Positions 1 through 11,405 of a DNA stretch of 64,000 bases are shown in pieces. The stretch comes from Podarcis liolepis (lineage: Eukaryota). The position numbers and the translations under genes are program-made. The notes under the pieces are model-generated. The model was not told the DNA's origin. It searched no databases and worked only from the letters and a program-made list of their open reading frames with translations. Each line of letters opens with the position of its first letter. Positions within the stretch are counted from its first letter, which is position 1. The stretch lies in the NCBI GenBank assembly GCA_965112155.1, contig OZ218098.1; one strand, given 5' to 3'.

Positions 1-52
1 CCCCTTCATTTTTGAAGGGGAAAAAGTGCGTCCTATAGAGCGAAAAATACGG
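1..52. mobile_element. End of a Tc1/mariner-pogo-type non-autonomous DNA transposon (cut by window edge)
   Basis: The terminus GTGCGTCCTATAGAGCGAAAAATACGG is followed by TA; its reverse, CCGTATTTTTCG, is a typical pogo/Tc2-like TIR start. Confidence 0.65.
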
Positions 53-1026
53 TATGTCCACAATCCCATGGAGAGCCGATGGTGAAGTGGGAGCTTCCTC
101 TTGTTATCTCTTATCCATTTCCAGGCATAACAGATAAGTGGAGAAGTGGAACAGTTCGCTCATGGGAGCCTAAATTGTGGCTCTTTCTTAATATCTGTAC
201 AGTATATGATATCCTATGAACAAGACCTTAGCAGCACAGGGAAAAGGGCTGGCTACCTTTGAAACAGCACTCAGTTGAAAGGAAATACAGTGAGATTCTT
301 GACCAAATTTAAATGTGTTTGAAGTTCATTCATCTCTAAATTAGAAATAATTAAAGGGGCCCTCATTAACATGAATAACTTGCGTAACTTTTGTTTCTGA
401 GTTAACCCTGAATCATAAACAAAGTCTCTCCCAGAAAAATATTTAAAATGTTTTACCTTCTGGTGCAAATCTTTACATATGTGCTAATGAATATATAAAA
501 TACTGCTTTTCAGCTTTGGAAGCTTGATTATTCCAACTTTTTTAAAGTTACGGAAAAGATAAAAAACAGTTCAATTTCATCAACTCAAACATGCAGTGAA
601 ATAAGACATTGTTTTTGTAGGGCTGTTCATTCTTTGAACTTAGATGACATTGTCTCAGAGGACAAGATGTTTGATGAGTTTTATACTTTAAAGCCTCTCT
701 TAAGAAAAAATTAGCTCAGAATCTGTTTTGTGTAGAATAGCGTATGTATGCGTGCAGAATCGTTCAGTCTTCAAAAGACCAGAGGGGAAACTGGTGTCAT
801 CTTCTATTTACTTTCAATATCTCTCTTTTAAATTCACACATTGGGAAATGCTGAAGAATCATAATTTTAGGTGCTTATTTCTTACCAGTTCAAAAAGCAT
901 ATATGCATCCAGCTGACCTCATAGTGAAGTGATGAGGAAGGGTGTAACTTTGCTTCTTATTTTACGTGAAGGAATAAAAGATCAGATACTTGCTCACAAT
1001 TCACCTAATGAACTCTGTGTGTACTA

Positions 1027-1249
1027 CAGTGGTACCTCGGGTTAAGTACTTAATTTGTTCTGGAGGTCTGTTCTTAACCTGAAACTGTTCTTAACCTGAA
1101 GCACCACTTTAGCTAATGGGGCCTCCCGCTGCCGCCGCGCCGCCAGAGCATGATTTCTGTTCTCATCCTGAAGCAAAGTTCTTAACCTGAAGCACTATTT
1201 CTGGGTTAGCAGAGTCTGTACCCTGAAGCGTATGCCACCAAAGGTACCA
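1027..1249 (+). mobile_element. pogo/Tigger-like MITE family A, copy 1 (right TIR damaged)
   Basis: Begins TA+CAGTGGTACCTCGGGTTAAG and is near-identical to the copies at 3791, 14508 and 53564. Confidence 0.88.
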
Positions 1250-1285
1250 ACAACAACTGCCCCATATGTATTTTCATAGTCCATT

Positions 1286-1452
1286 GTAGAATTAGAAGGG
1301 ACTTGGAGGGTCATCTAGTCCAACTCTCTGCAATGCAGGAATCTCAATTAAAGCATCCATGACAGGTGGCCATCCAACCTCTGCTTAAAAACCTTCAAGG
1401 AAGGAGAGTCCACCACCTCTCCTGGGAGTCTGTTCCACTGTCGAATAGCTCT
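1286..1452 (-). mobile_element. CR1 LINE 3' fragment
   Basis: Reverse complement of the CR1 3' region seen at about 24860-25025 and 26220-26383. Confidence 0.8.
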
Positions 1453-1461
1453 TTTGCACCT

Positions 1462-1625
1462 CTTTACTCTGGCTTTTGACACTTGAGGTATACACGTATT
1501 TGAAGACCCACCTTATTTTTGTGATTGAAAGTTATTATAAACTGTTTTTAACATTGTGTTTTATATAATGTTGTAACCCGCCTTGGGACCTTAGGGTGAA
1601 AGGTGTGTGATAAATTAATAAATAA
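1462..1625 (+). mobile_element. L2-type LINE 3' tail
   Basis: TGTAACCCGCCTTGGGACC...TGAAAGG...AATAAATAA tail; a similar tail is at about 20315-20360. Confidence 0.55.
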
Positions 1626-2605
1626 GCAAATTCTGTTCTTACACAGGGCACGTGCAGACTCTATCAGCTTTCACTCGGTCACCCTAGATCACTCACTGCT
1701 CTCCAAAATAGAATAAAATAATCATAGTTAGTGCCAAATAGGCAGTATATTGGGACTTTAAATATTAGTGTATCTGAATTTCTGAAGCCCAAATTTACAT
1801 TTGCCTCACTTGGCTGAAAACCTTCCTTTATAATATGGAAGGGGATATGTCAGTTGCTAGAAAAGGTTTCTGCTGAAGCAGACATTTAGAGCTGTTGCAC
1901 TTACAAAAGCTATGTAGACAACTCTGGATTTCAGTTTAAAGCAAATATTGCTGGGAAAAGGTTATCAGCAAGATTGCAACTATAAATACACTACCATTTT
2001 ATTTGATCTGCAATTTTCATAATGAGTTACTGTTTGTGTTATGCAGTATAGGCATATATATGTATGTGTGTGTGTACACACGCACACTACAATATACACA
2101 TACATTACAATAAAATCTATTTTAAGTATTGCCTTGCAAATGATTTATTCCCTAGCTTATGTATCTTATTCTATAAGATGGCGTTTTGATATGTTATTCC
2201 TTACATCTGTTGTTTTCTTAGAAACAAAAAGCAATGTGTTCTGCGCATGCTCTGGAACATTCAGCCAACCCTGGTACACAAACTGTGATGAGCAATTAAT
2301 AGAATTCAAGTAATTCCTATTTATAATATTTTCCATGATAGAGAATAGTATAAAATACCATCCAAAGTGTAGTTAGTATTTTCCAACTTTTAAGTGGCAT
2401 GTACAAGTGATAGTACAAAAAAAAGTGTATATACTGCTTTTCAGGGCAAAATCCCACCCAAGATGACTCGCAAGCAATATATAATATAAAACAATCAAGT
2501 TACTTTAAATTTACTTAGAACTGTTGTAGTTTAACAGACCAGGATAGTAGTTCATATGAAACATCAATTTTAAAAGCTAGCAAATACGGGGCCATTCATG
2601 AAAAT

Positions 2606-2782
2606 ATGGTTTAGTGATTAGACCACTGGACTATGACCTGGTTCAGATCCCCACTTGACCTTGAAGCTTACTAGACGATCATGGAAAAGCCACTGACACT
2701 CAACCTAATTTTCCCCACATTTGTGGGGATATAACCATGCATGCCACCTTGAGCAACTTGGAGAAGAGGTGGAATGTAAATG
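2606..2782 (+). mobile_element. Old tRNA/CORE-type SINE with L2-like tail (MIR/Squam3-like)
   Basis: Degenerate A box (TGGTTTAGTGATTAGA) and B box (GGTTCAGATCC), with tail GCCACCTTGAGC...GGAGAAGAGGTGGAATGTAAAT. Confidence 0.5.
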
Positions 2783-2802
2783 TTACACTTAAGCAAGTCA
2801 TT

Positions 2803-3346
2803 TTTTCAGGAGAGAGTTCCAGAGATATAGGATCACCACTGAAAAGGCCTCGTCTCTATAGCCCACCTATGTGGCAGACTTACGAGCACAACCTCTGAGG
2901 CAGATATTAAGGTCAAAGCAAGTGTATATGGGTGTCATGGGCCAGGAGTCATCTTCACCTGCTGAGCAGCAGCCCGAAGGGGGGAAAGGTGGAGTGACTC
3001 CACCTGCAGCTGATTAGCCTTCAAGGACATAGGATAAGGGACTGATGAGAACCAGCTGGCTGTAGCCTTCTTAAGCAGAACTTCCAGCAACAGTCAAATG
3101 CAACAGTTCCTGGCTCTACCTTGCTGCCTCCTGCTCGTCTTAACCCTTGACCGCTGGACTATCTGACCATGTGAATTGCTGTTTGCTGAACCCTAGGACT
3201 TCGACCTGACTTTGTATGCTGACTCTGCCTCCAGGTAAGTATCTCAGAGATTCTTCCAGTTGGCTGGCCTCCTACTCCACTGAGCTCTGCGCATTGTTGC
3301 TCAGCAGCGCGACTACAACAGTGGGTACAGGTGGTCCTTCATATAT
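2803..3346 (-). mobile_element. L2 LINE fragment interrupted by a solo LTR
   Basis: GAGAGTTCCAGAG...CCACTGAAAAGGCC...TATATGGG resumes after the LTR as TACAGGTGGTCCTTCA, resembling antisense L2 ORF2 3' sequence. Confidence 0.5.
2933..3320 (+). mobile_element. Solo LTR (Gypsy/ERV-like), 388 bp
   Basis: Termini TGTCATG...ACAACA with 5-bp flanks ATGGG/GTGGG (TSD, 1 mismatch). It is a GC-richer block inserted into an L2 remnant. Orientation is inferred. Confidence 0.65.
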
Positions 3347-3790
3347 AAATCTCTTACCTTTTCTTGTTAACTGCAAAAAGATTAGAAATACAAATAGGTA
3401 CAATACCTTTTGATACATACAAAGTTAGTCGCATAGTCACCCATCCATCCACACTAGGAAAAGACAAAAAGGCAAGAAGGGGGGAAAAACCTGTCCTAAT
3501 ATATGTATATTACAGAATTTAATAATGAATGATTTTTTTTAAGCATGAAAATAGAGTAGAATGGCTGATAGGCAATTCTTGTGGATGCTAGTGTTATAAC
3601 TGAATGGTCAGTTTTCCACTTAGACCATACCTACTTTTCCAGCCTCCTAAAGAGTTGGCAGTGGGCCAGTGTGGCCCTCAGACCAAAATACGTTGATTAC
3701 TCCTGTTCTGGACAGCACTAGTTGCATATAGATAAGAAATGAAGAAAACAACCCTGGAGGGATGTGGGGATGTGTGTGAATTCCCATGTA

Positions 3791-4032
3791 CAGTGGTACC
3801 TCGGGTTAAGTACTTAATTCATTCCAGAGGTCCGTACTTAACCTGAAACTGTTCTTAACCTGAAGCACCACTTTAGCTAATGGGGCCTCCCACTGCCGCT
3901 GCGCCACCACTGCACGATTTCTGTTCTCATCCTGAAGCAAAGTTCTTAACCTGAAGCACTATTTCTGGGTTAGCGGAGTCTGTAACCTGAAGCGTCTGTA
4001 ACCTGAAGCGTCTGTAACCTGAGGTACCACTG
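3791..4032 (+). mobile_element. pogo/Tigger-like MITE family A, copy 2 (242 bp)
   Basis: TA TSD on both sides; TIR CAGTGGTACCTC...GAGGTACCACTG. Confidence 0.93.
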
Positions 4033-5124
4033 TATATCACAAGATAAAGAGAAGGCATATCCTATGTGAATGGTGCAGTCACGATGAAGACTTCATGGCA
4101 TTAAAGTCTGGATACACATGTGCACCCCATCTCATCAACACCTGCTGTGTGTATGTCACTGAATGCGTAATTACCGAACTAGCATTATTATCCCACTACC
4201 CTTTGTTGATAGTGAATACAGACATCCAGACAACAGGTCCAGAAATGCATGCAAAGAGCCTTCTTTGACTGAACAATCTGCCTGGCAGAATCAGAATTTT
4301 GCATTTGAGAAACATAATGGCTATTTGTAGCTGGAACATTGCAGATGCTAAATAAGGAAGAGGACGAATAAGCATTTTGGCTCACATATGGACATTTTAT
4401 TTCTGAATTTGTTGTGGTTGTTACAAACAAAATAGAATCAAGGAAATTCATTTAACAAAAAAGTTTGGATGTCAAATCACATAAAAAATGAAAATATCAC
4501 AAAATGAAACAAAATTTTGAGTTTCACAGCATTGTATCATTCAACATCATTATAAAACACATGCGTACTATATGACACAAGAATGGGGTGTGTTTTATTC
4601 ATCTCAAATTTCTTGATATTTCTAAGCTTATGTCAGTTTCTTTTTCACAATGATGAATTAAATTAATTAGATGCACTAAAGAGATGCATTAAGCAATTTT
4701 CACAAATGAAGACAAATTTCACAAATCTAAACTAAAAGGCAAATCAGATTATAGGAAATTAAGCTACTATCAATCAAAAGGCAAAATAATCAGGGTAGAA
4801 ACCCAAGCCAAAATACTTGTCAGATCATGAAATGTTATTAGTAAATGAGGAAAAAAACATATTTGACGTTGGGGTCAATACCTTGCTTCTTTTATTAGTA
4901 AATTGACTAACTGCTGTAAGGATGAATGGCTTCAACCATGTACAGGGCATAAGTGTGGGTAACTAGCTGGATCAATGCCAATTTGGCTGCTATGTTTAGG
5001 CTAGGGGCAAAAGGTTCCCTTGAAAGCTATGAAGACCGTTTTGCTTTCTGCTTTGGGTCTGGCCTCTTTCCATCTCTGTGCCATGACAATGTCATATTTT
5101 TTTTATCAGGCAGGTCCATATCCT

Positions 5125-5320
5125 AATATAAGAGCCCTGGTAGATCAAACTTAAGGCCTAGCTAGCTCTGCATCCTATTTCCCACAGTGAGCATCCAGAT
5201 GCCTCTGGGAAGGCTGAAAGAACCGGTTTCTGTTCACTGTTTCAGCCCAGCAGGTGGTATTCAGAAGCACACCTCTAGCATCTTCACCATGGCTAGTAGC
5301 CAATGATAGCATCCTCCATG
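5125..5320 (-). mobile_element. Old CR1-type 3'UTR fragment
   Basis: AAGAGCCCTGGTAGATCA...CATCCTATTTCCCACAGTG...CAGATGCCTCTGGGAAG; a related copy is at about 41305-41530. Confidence 0.45.
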
Positions 5321-5324
5321 ATTT

Positions 5325-5670
5325 TTTTATTTAATTTCTAAATCACCCTTATCCCAAAGGGATCCCAGTACAGCAAATAATAAATACAATAACATCATAT
5401 ACATTACCACCAAGAGCCATGTAACTTCCAGTGGTATCATCATGACAAGCAAAACAGTTCCCATCAAATTCTCCCAAATGCCTGCTAGAACAAAAAGTTG
5501 TTTACCTGAGGACGAAAAATCAGTACTGATGGGGACAATCATACTTCTAAAGGAAGGAGTCCACAAAAGACACCACAGCAGTGAAGAACTACCCTAGGTT
5601 ACCACATAATGTAACAGATGTAGATGGAACCACAATTAAGGGCTCTCCCACAAATCCTAAAGCTTGGGAT
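5325..5670 (-). mobile_element. L2-type LINE 3' fragment
   Basis: Reverse tail TTTTATTTAATTTCTAAATCACCC followed by an L2-like body (GGAAGGAGTCCACAAAAGACACCACAGCAGTGAAG). Confidence 0.4.
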
Positions 5671-8600
5671 TGGAACCTGAAAACCATCTACATCTGTGTT
5701 GGTACAGAGAGGTAATGAGCTCTCCTCCCTCCATGCACAAGAAGAGAAGTAACTGTGATCTCTCAAAACCAACATTTGCTGCCACTAGCCCTCCTGCATT
5801 ATGAAGGGAACATCCAGCCCACCCCTGTCTCTGCCTAGGAGATCAGGACAGCTTGGTTTCCTTGGGCAAATCCCATTGATATACACATGTAGTAGATGCC
5901 AAATGGTCTAGATATGGGGTGGGGTAAATACCCTTTTAAGTGTGGCACAAACATATGCACACACAAAAAAGATCCAACGGGCAATTTTGAGAGACCTTAT
6001 TAAGAGGTTTATGTAGGCAAAAATGAAAAGGTCCATGAAAGAAATTAAAGCAACAAACAGAATGGGCACATGCCTCAAGCAAAGGAGCTTAAGATCTTTG
6101 GGAAATGGGGGTCCTCAAAGTGGTAGCTGCCACTGGAGTTGTTCCCGCTTTTAACTCAGGTGGAATATGACCTCTTTACTTGAACATAATGGATGACTGG
6201 AATAATGTTAAAGTGTTAAAGGAATTTTGCTTTGAAAAATACAAATTTTATAGAGACTGCATTTTGCTAAAGTACAGAGTCTTTTAAAAGTACGCACAAT
6301 TAATGTTTCACTTTTCTCTAACTCCCATACTGATATAGCAATGGATCTGTCTTTTCAACATATTGACAGTAGTAAAGAATTTGACATATTTTTCACAAGA
6401 GGCTTATTGTTTAAACTGAACTGAATATATTACCCCCCCCCGCCTTTTTTCCCTTTCTTTTTTACACCACAGTACTTCTGTCATGGTGCTCTTAGCACCT
6501 AAAGGTCTTAACATTATCACAAATGAGAATGCTCTGCATTTGCAGCTGACATGTTCCTAAACCCTGTCAAAAGCATTCTTTAAATAATGCATCAGCATGT
6601 GTTTGTGATGCTGGCTTTGTACATACACTCTGACTATTATAAGTGAGGGTTTGTTGTCAATGGCACCAGGCACAGCTTCCAGCTTGTCAAATATCAGTTA
6701 TGTGACACTGTCACTTAATGACAGCCACCCCTAAATGAAAGGATGCACAGTTGCTCACAGCTTACTTATATCGAGGAAGGGGTGAAATTCACACATTATT
6801 TGACCACCTCCAGCACACCTCCACTGAAATACTGATAGTGGGCTTTGGTAATGGGGAGTATTGAAGCCTCAAGCTCTGTTCTGTAGACTCTGCTATGTTT
6901 GGCGCTGAAACCAGTGGCATCATAAAAGTTGAATGTGAACAAATCGAGAGAGAGAGAGAGGAAATTTGGATGGAGTGAAACTTTAATCACAGAAACTGTG
7001 CTTCTATAGACCTGTTCTGGGTGCAAATATTTTCCTTTCAGCAAACAACACCTTGCTCTAGTTACATGGGGAGGGGGTCCCATTTATCAGTGTGATTATT
7101 CTTCATGAGCTCCTGTATTGTGGGTTATTATGAGAGAGAGATAAATATTATCTGATAGGCTTGAAATGTACTTGTTGTTTATTGTAATCCAGTGTCCTTT
7201 GGTGCACTCATCTGTTCTCTCATCTTCCTTCACTGCTGTTGCCTTCAGGGCAAACCCTCCTTCAAGTCTTCCCATCTGCATTGCCTGTGTATCATCTCCT
7301 ATTCCCCCGAAATTTCTTGAATCTGGTGCATCTTATCAAATGGAGGTGGTGGCCACAGGAGGTGACAAAGGAGTCGGGCCGGCACAGAGGAGGTGGCAGT
7401 GGTTGCAGGAGGAAGCATTTTCAATTTTGCCTGAAGCAGCAAAATGTCCTGGACTGGCCCTGACAATTATAGTGAATTTTATGAAGTATTTAGCCTAGAA
7501 CTGAAAGTTTTGTTTTCTGGCTGGGGCATTCTCGTTGTGTTGAAGTAAATTCAACATCCAATTTGTTGTGCTGAACTTGGTCAAAATTTCAGATATTTTT
7601 AGGTAGGAAGCCTGGAAGGCTCAGGTTTGAGCAACATGCAAAACTACCAGCTCTTTATAGTATACAAGACACTATTAGCTTTATTGACAAGAGGAAGCTG
7701 TGTTGCACAACTTCTTTCACTATGATACTAGCAGTTTAGAAAAGGAGTGTTAAAAGCACTTGCTCCTTGCCTTAACATCATACAGGGCTTTTCTTCATGG
7801 GTCCAAATGAAATTTTGCATAGATTTTTATTTTTATGTTCTGCATTCCAAAGACTCTGGGCATGTGGCAGGTTTACAATATATTTGGCTAGTTAATTCAG
7901 TTCAGTGTGGGCTTGTCAACTTTCCTCATATCTCTGTTTTCTGGCTATATAAATCTCATTGGATTGTTCTGTTGCAGCTGCAGCTCATACTTGTCTATAT
8001 TTAGAGGTTTGTCTATTTCAGAGTTTCAAGACCAGCCAGTCTTCTCTATATGTATGACAGAGAGAGGGGGGAGAGAGAGGCAAGGCCCACCAATTTCCCT
8101 TGGTCACTTTTCCCGCCCTTAATTTCTAAACACAGTGCCCTCGGGTCTGTAGGCCTCATTTTGTAAACTGTTCTCTCTCAGTGCTGCAGACCTTGTCATT
8201 TAAACTTGTGGTGGGGAGGCCATCTTTCCCAGTTCCCATCATTTTTGAGCACTGACTGTGTTTGCTGGGGCTGATGGGAGCTGGACTAAAGAACCTCCCC
8301 TCAGGGATGTAGGCCTCATTTGCTAAATGTGCTTCTTTAGGGCCATAGGCATAGGAGGCCCAGCATGGATAGCCCTTCTATACCTCTTGGGGATATTCAG
8401 CTTTTGTTTTCATAAAGTGTTTTCATTTGTAAGCGATACAAATAACACAATGTGGTCAATACCCAGTCCAGTTGTTTACTAGCATTAGTGAGAAGTACTA
8501 GGCCCTTGTTTGTAAAGTTTTCCAAAATTATATAATGCAATTAAGTAACTTTAAATGCATGACTGCCGCGAGATGAAATTTAGAATCCTTTTAAATATAA

Positions 8601-8930
8601 AATCCTTTCAAAACAGCCAAAATAAAAAGGGTTGCAGCCAAACAAGGCATTCTTGAATTGGACCCAATGAAATCAATGGGCTTCACTAACTTAAATCCAC
8701 TGTTTTCAATGCAGTACGATTAGGTAGATACAACCCTAATGTAAATTATGCCAGTCTGCTCAATTTATAAAACTTGCTTCAGCCCCAGAATATGATTTTT
8801 TTAAAGTGCAGAATTATTTTAAAACAACAACACTTATGCATAAAAGATCATGGAACTTGCCTCTTATGTTTTTTTCTGTGCTCCAGCAACCTGTGTGTAT
8901 TTAAGGCCTATCTGGACACAAAAGTTGTTG

Positions 8931-8932
<2 letters not shown>

Positions 8933-9010
<78 letters not shown>

Positions 9011-9022
9011 ACACAGAGAGAG
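8933..9022. repeat. Compound microsatellite (CT)n(AT)n(AC)n(AG)n
   Basis: Directly visible. Confidence 0.97.
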
Positions 9023-9153
9023 AGGATCCCGGGTATGTCCCTGGACAACCCTACCCTATGGTTGAAAATGGAAGTCAAAAAATTGAGCACAATCTGTTAA
9101 AAAGTCAACAGTGAACAAATCTCAAATAAACTCTGACTAAACATCAATAAGAG

Positions 9154-9300
9154 CTTTCTGACAATAAGAGCTGTTCTCCAGCAGAATGGACTACTTTGGA
9201 AGGTGGTGGGCTCTCCTTCATTGGAGGTTTTTAAGCAGGTGTTGGGTGGTCATCTGTCATGAATACTTTAGTTGAGATTTGCATTGCAGGGTGTGACTCG
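9154..9300 (+). mobile_element. CR1 LINE 3' fragment
   Basis: CTTTCTGACAATAAGAGCTGTT...CTCTCCTTCATTGGAGGTTTTTAAGCAG is similar to about 26200-26340. Confidence 0.75.
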
Positions 9301-9549
9301 GTAGAAAATTCTATAGTTCATTACAGAATGAGTGGAAATTGCATAAGAGAAGGAGATGGAAATTGCATCTTCATAGTGCCTTATGCCCTAATTATAGAAA
9401 GTCATAATACAGAGCAGTATTTTAGACTTGGTCTGGTAGAACGCTGATACAAAAAATGCCAACATGTAAGCTCTTTTCATTTCAGTGCAACTGACTTCCA
9501 AACAAGGATGTATGAGGCCTCGGCAAAGTCTCTCATGTAGGTAATTTTC

Positions 9550-10020
9550 AAACAGGAAGTTGACAAAGCAGGATCATTAACAGCGGCACATTAAGCTTGC
9601 CAGAAGTGCAACACCAAAAACCTAATGTTATACGAAAATGTAAACTAGATGCAGTAGTTAGAGCTGTAATTCAAGAGCTAATTAGATGGCAAAAGGCAGC
9701 AGAACCAAGCATCTGCCTCCAACATGCCCAAGTAAATTTCTGCAAGACTTTTTATTTTCTACAGAAAACAGAGGAAAAGGAAGTTGGTTCAGACTCCAGC
9801 TAGTTTAATTCCTCCTTGTATTTCCTTTTCAACTGCTTTGCTGATCTTCTGAAAGTCTGCTTGTCTACTTGAAGTAACTTTAAGTAATTTTCATGCTAGA
9901 GCATTTGCCTGTTATACTCTTCAGTTTCTTCCTATATATGAAACTGCATGTATGACTTGCTGTGGGGGTGCTTAACTCCCTTTAACAGGAAGTGGTTACA
10001 TCGTGCTTTCCTCTTTGCTT
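9550..10020 (+). promoter_or_regulatory. Putative haematopoietic-type promoter (ETS, ETS:RUNX, PU-box-like)
   Basis: ACAGGAAGT at about 9552, AAGGAAGT at about 9777, ACAGGAAGTGGTT at 9985-9997, and TTTCCTCTTT (reverse AAAGAGGAAA) at about 10007. ARHGAP15 is known as a leukocyte-expressed gene. Confidence 0.5.
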
Positions 10021-10158
10021 TCTTTCTGTTGCTTCAGGGGAAGAGAGATTTGTGTAGCTTTCAGATACGTAACTGCTTCATGTTTTCCATTTGCTTTTTA
10101 GAAGCTACCGGTGGATGTTGGTACAGTGGATAAGAACGTCATGTGTAGCAAACTGTAG
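10000..10158 (+). other. ARHGAP15: Probable non-coding first exon of ARHGAP15 (TSS approximate)
   Basis: Strong donor TAG|gtaagg at 10158/10159, just downstream of an ETS/RUNX motif cluster. The ATG exon has its own acceptor, so an upstream exon is required. Splicing here would place an in-frame TAG 5 codons upstream of the ATG. Confidence 0.5.
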
Positions 10159-11291
10159 GTAAGGAAACTTCATTTATTTCTGAAGTCTTACATACAACCT
10201 GTTGCTAGATGTTGCTAGATGTGCATGATAAAATAAGCACAGTACATGGATGGGGAGAGAAACAGATTGCTTCGCATTGTTATGTTAAATGTAGTAGAAA
10301 ATACACCAACAACTTATTCAATGGAGCCTCCAACATAGATATATAATGTGAGAAAGGGTCCAGATACTGGCATCTGTATTTGCACTGGGAGCACAAACAA
10401 TAATAACTTTTACATTTTCAAGGGCTTAACTGGTTTTGTCAAAAAGTGTATGCCAGCTTTGGCGTGTCACTTCTTACAGAAATCTGGTCAGCAAATGGTT
10501 TTGATTGAGAAAGGTATGGTGAGTATAGGGACAGTGAAATATTGAAGAAATTAAAAGATGTTACGGCATGATGATAAAGCCACATTAGCAAATTTTGGTA
10601 AGAAGTCCCACTGCTGAAGTATAGCAGCAATAGTAATAAACAGTGGGAATGCTAGTAAAAATAGTATCCTGTGGGCATATCATTAAGAATGAAAAACGTG
10701 CTCAGCTACAGTATCGCGTGTGCACTAAAAATCAGTGGTGGAGCCATATCAGCAGTAATGAAAGTTAGGAGATTTCTCCAAACGCTAATGCAAAAAATGT
10801 CCAACAGAGGCAGAGAGAGCACAAACCAGCTCTGCTCTACAATGCTTATGGAGAGACAGAGAGGAAACTGCTGCCTTCTGCATCATTAACTGGAACCCCA
10901 GAGTTACAAATTCTTGAGCAATGGATAGTTGTTGTTTTTCTGAAAAGTTTGTATCTCTGAAAGTTCTCCTTTCCAGATGTCTTTCTGCCATTTCCCTTAC
11001 CTCCCCAGACCCTCAGAGGGGAGGCAACCACCCCTCTATCTTCTCCTCAGCTTTCTCCAGAGCCATCCCCCATATCGAGCCCTAATATCTTACTGAAAAG
11101 ACTTTCCCCTGTAGTTCCTCAGTAATTTGGTAGTAACAGTAGCTTCCTGCAATGAAGATTAGGTGGCTTTTGCTTGACTGCAGAGTATATGCACAGTGAA
11201 AGTCAAATTCTACAGTTACATCTTAAAACGTACAGATGAGTCTTACAAGTCACACCAGTCTCCCTTTACCCTGCTCTTCAAATCCTTACAC

Positions 11292-11405
11292 AAGAAACTG
11301 CCTTTTACTAGGCCATACTATCAGTCCATCTAGCCCATTACTGTCTATATTATATTGCAGCAGCTCTCCTGGGTCTGAGCTCTTTCACTTCACTTGCTAC
11401 CTGAT
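11292..11405 (-). mobile_element. Old squamate SINE fragment
   Basis: GAAACTGCCTTTTACT...GTCCATCTAGCCCA..ACTGTCT...GCAGCAGCTCTCC; related remnants are at about 12170-12280 (+) and 60735-60878 (-). Confidence 0.4.

Noticed and set aside
1-9500. Exons of the expected upstream neighbour (KYNU in mammals)
   Set aside because: No kynureninase-like peptide or exon structure recognised in this stretch.
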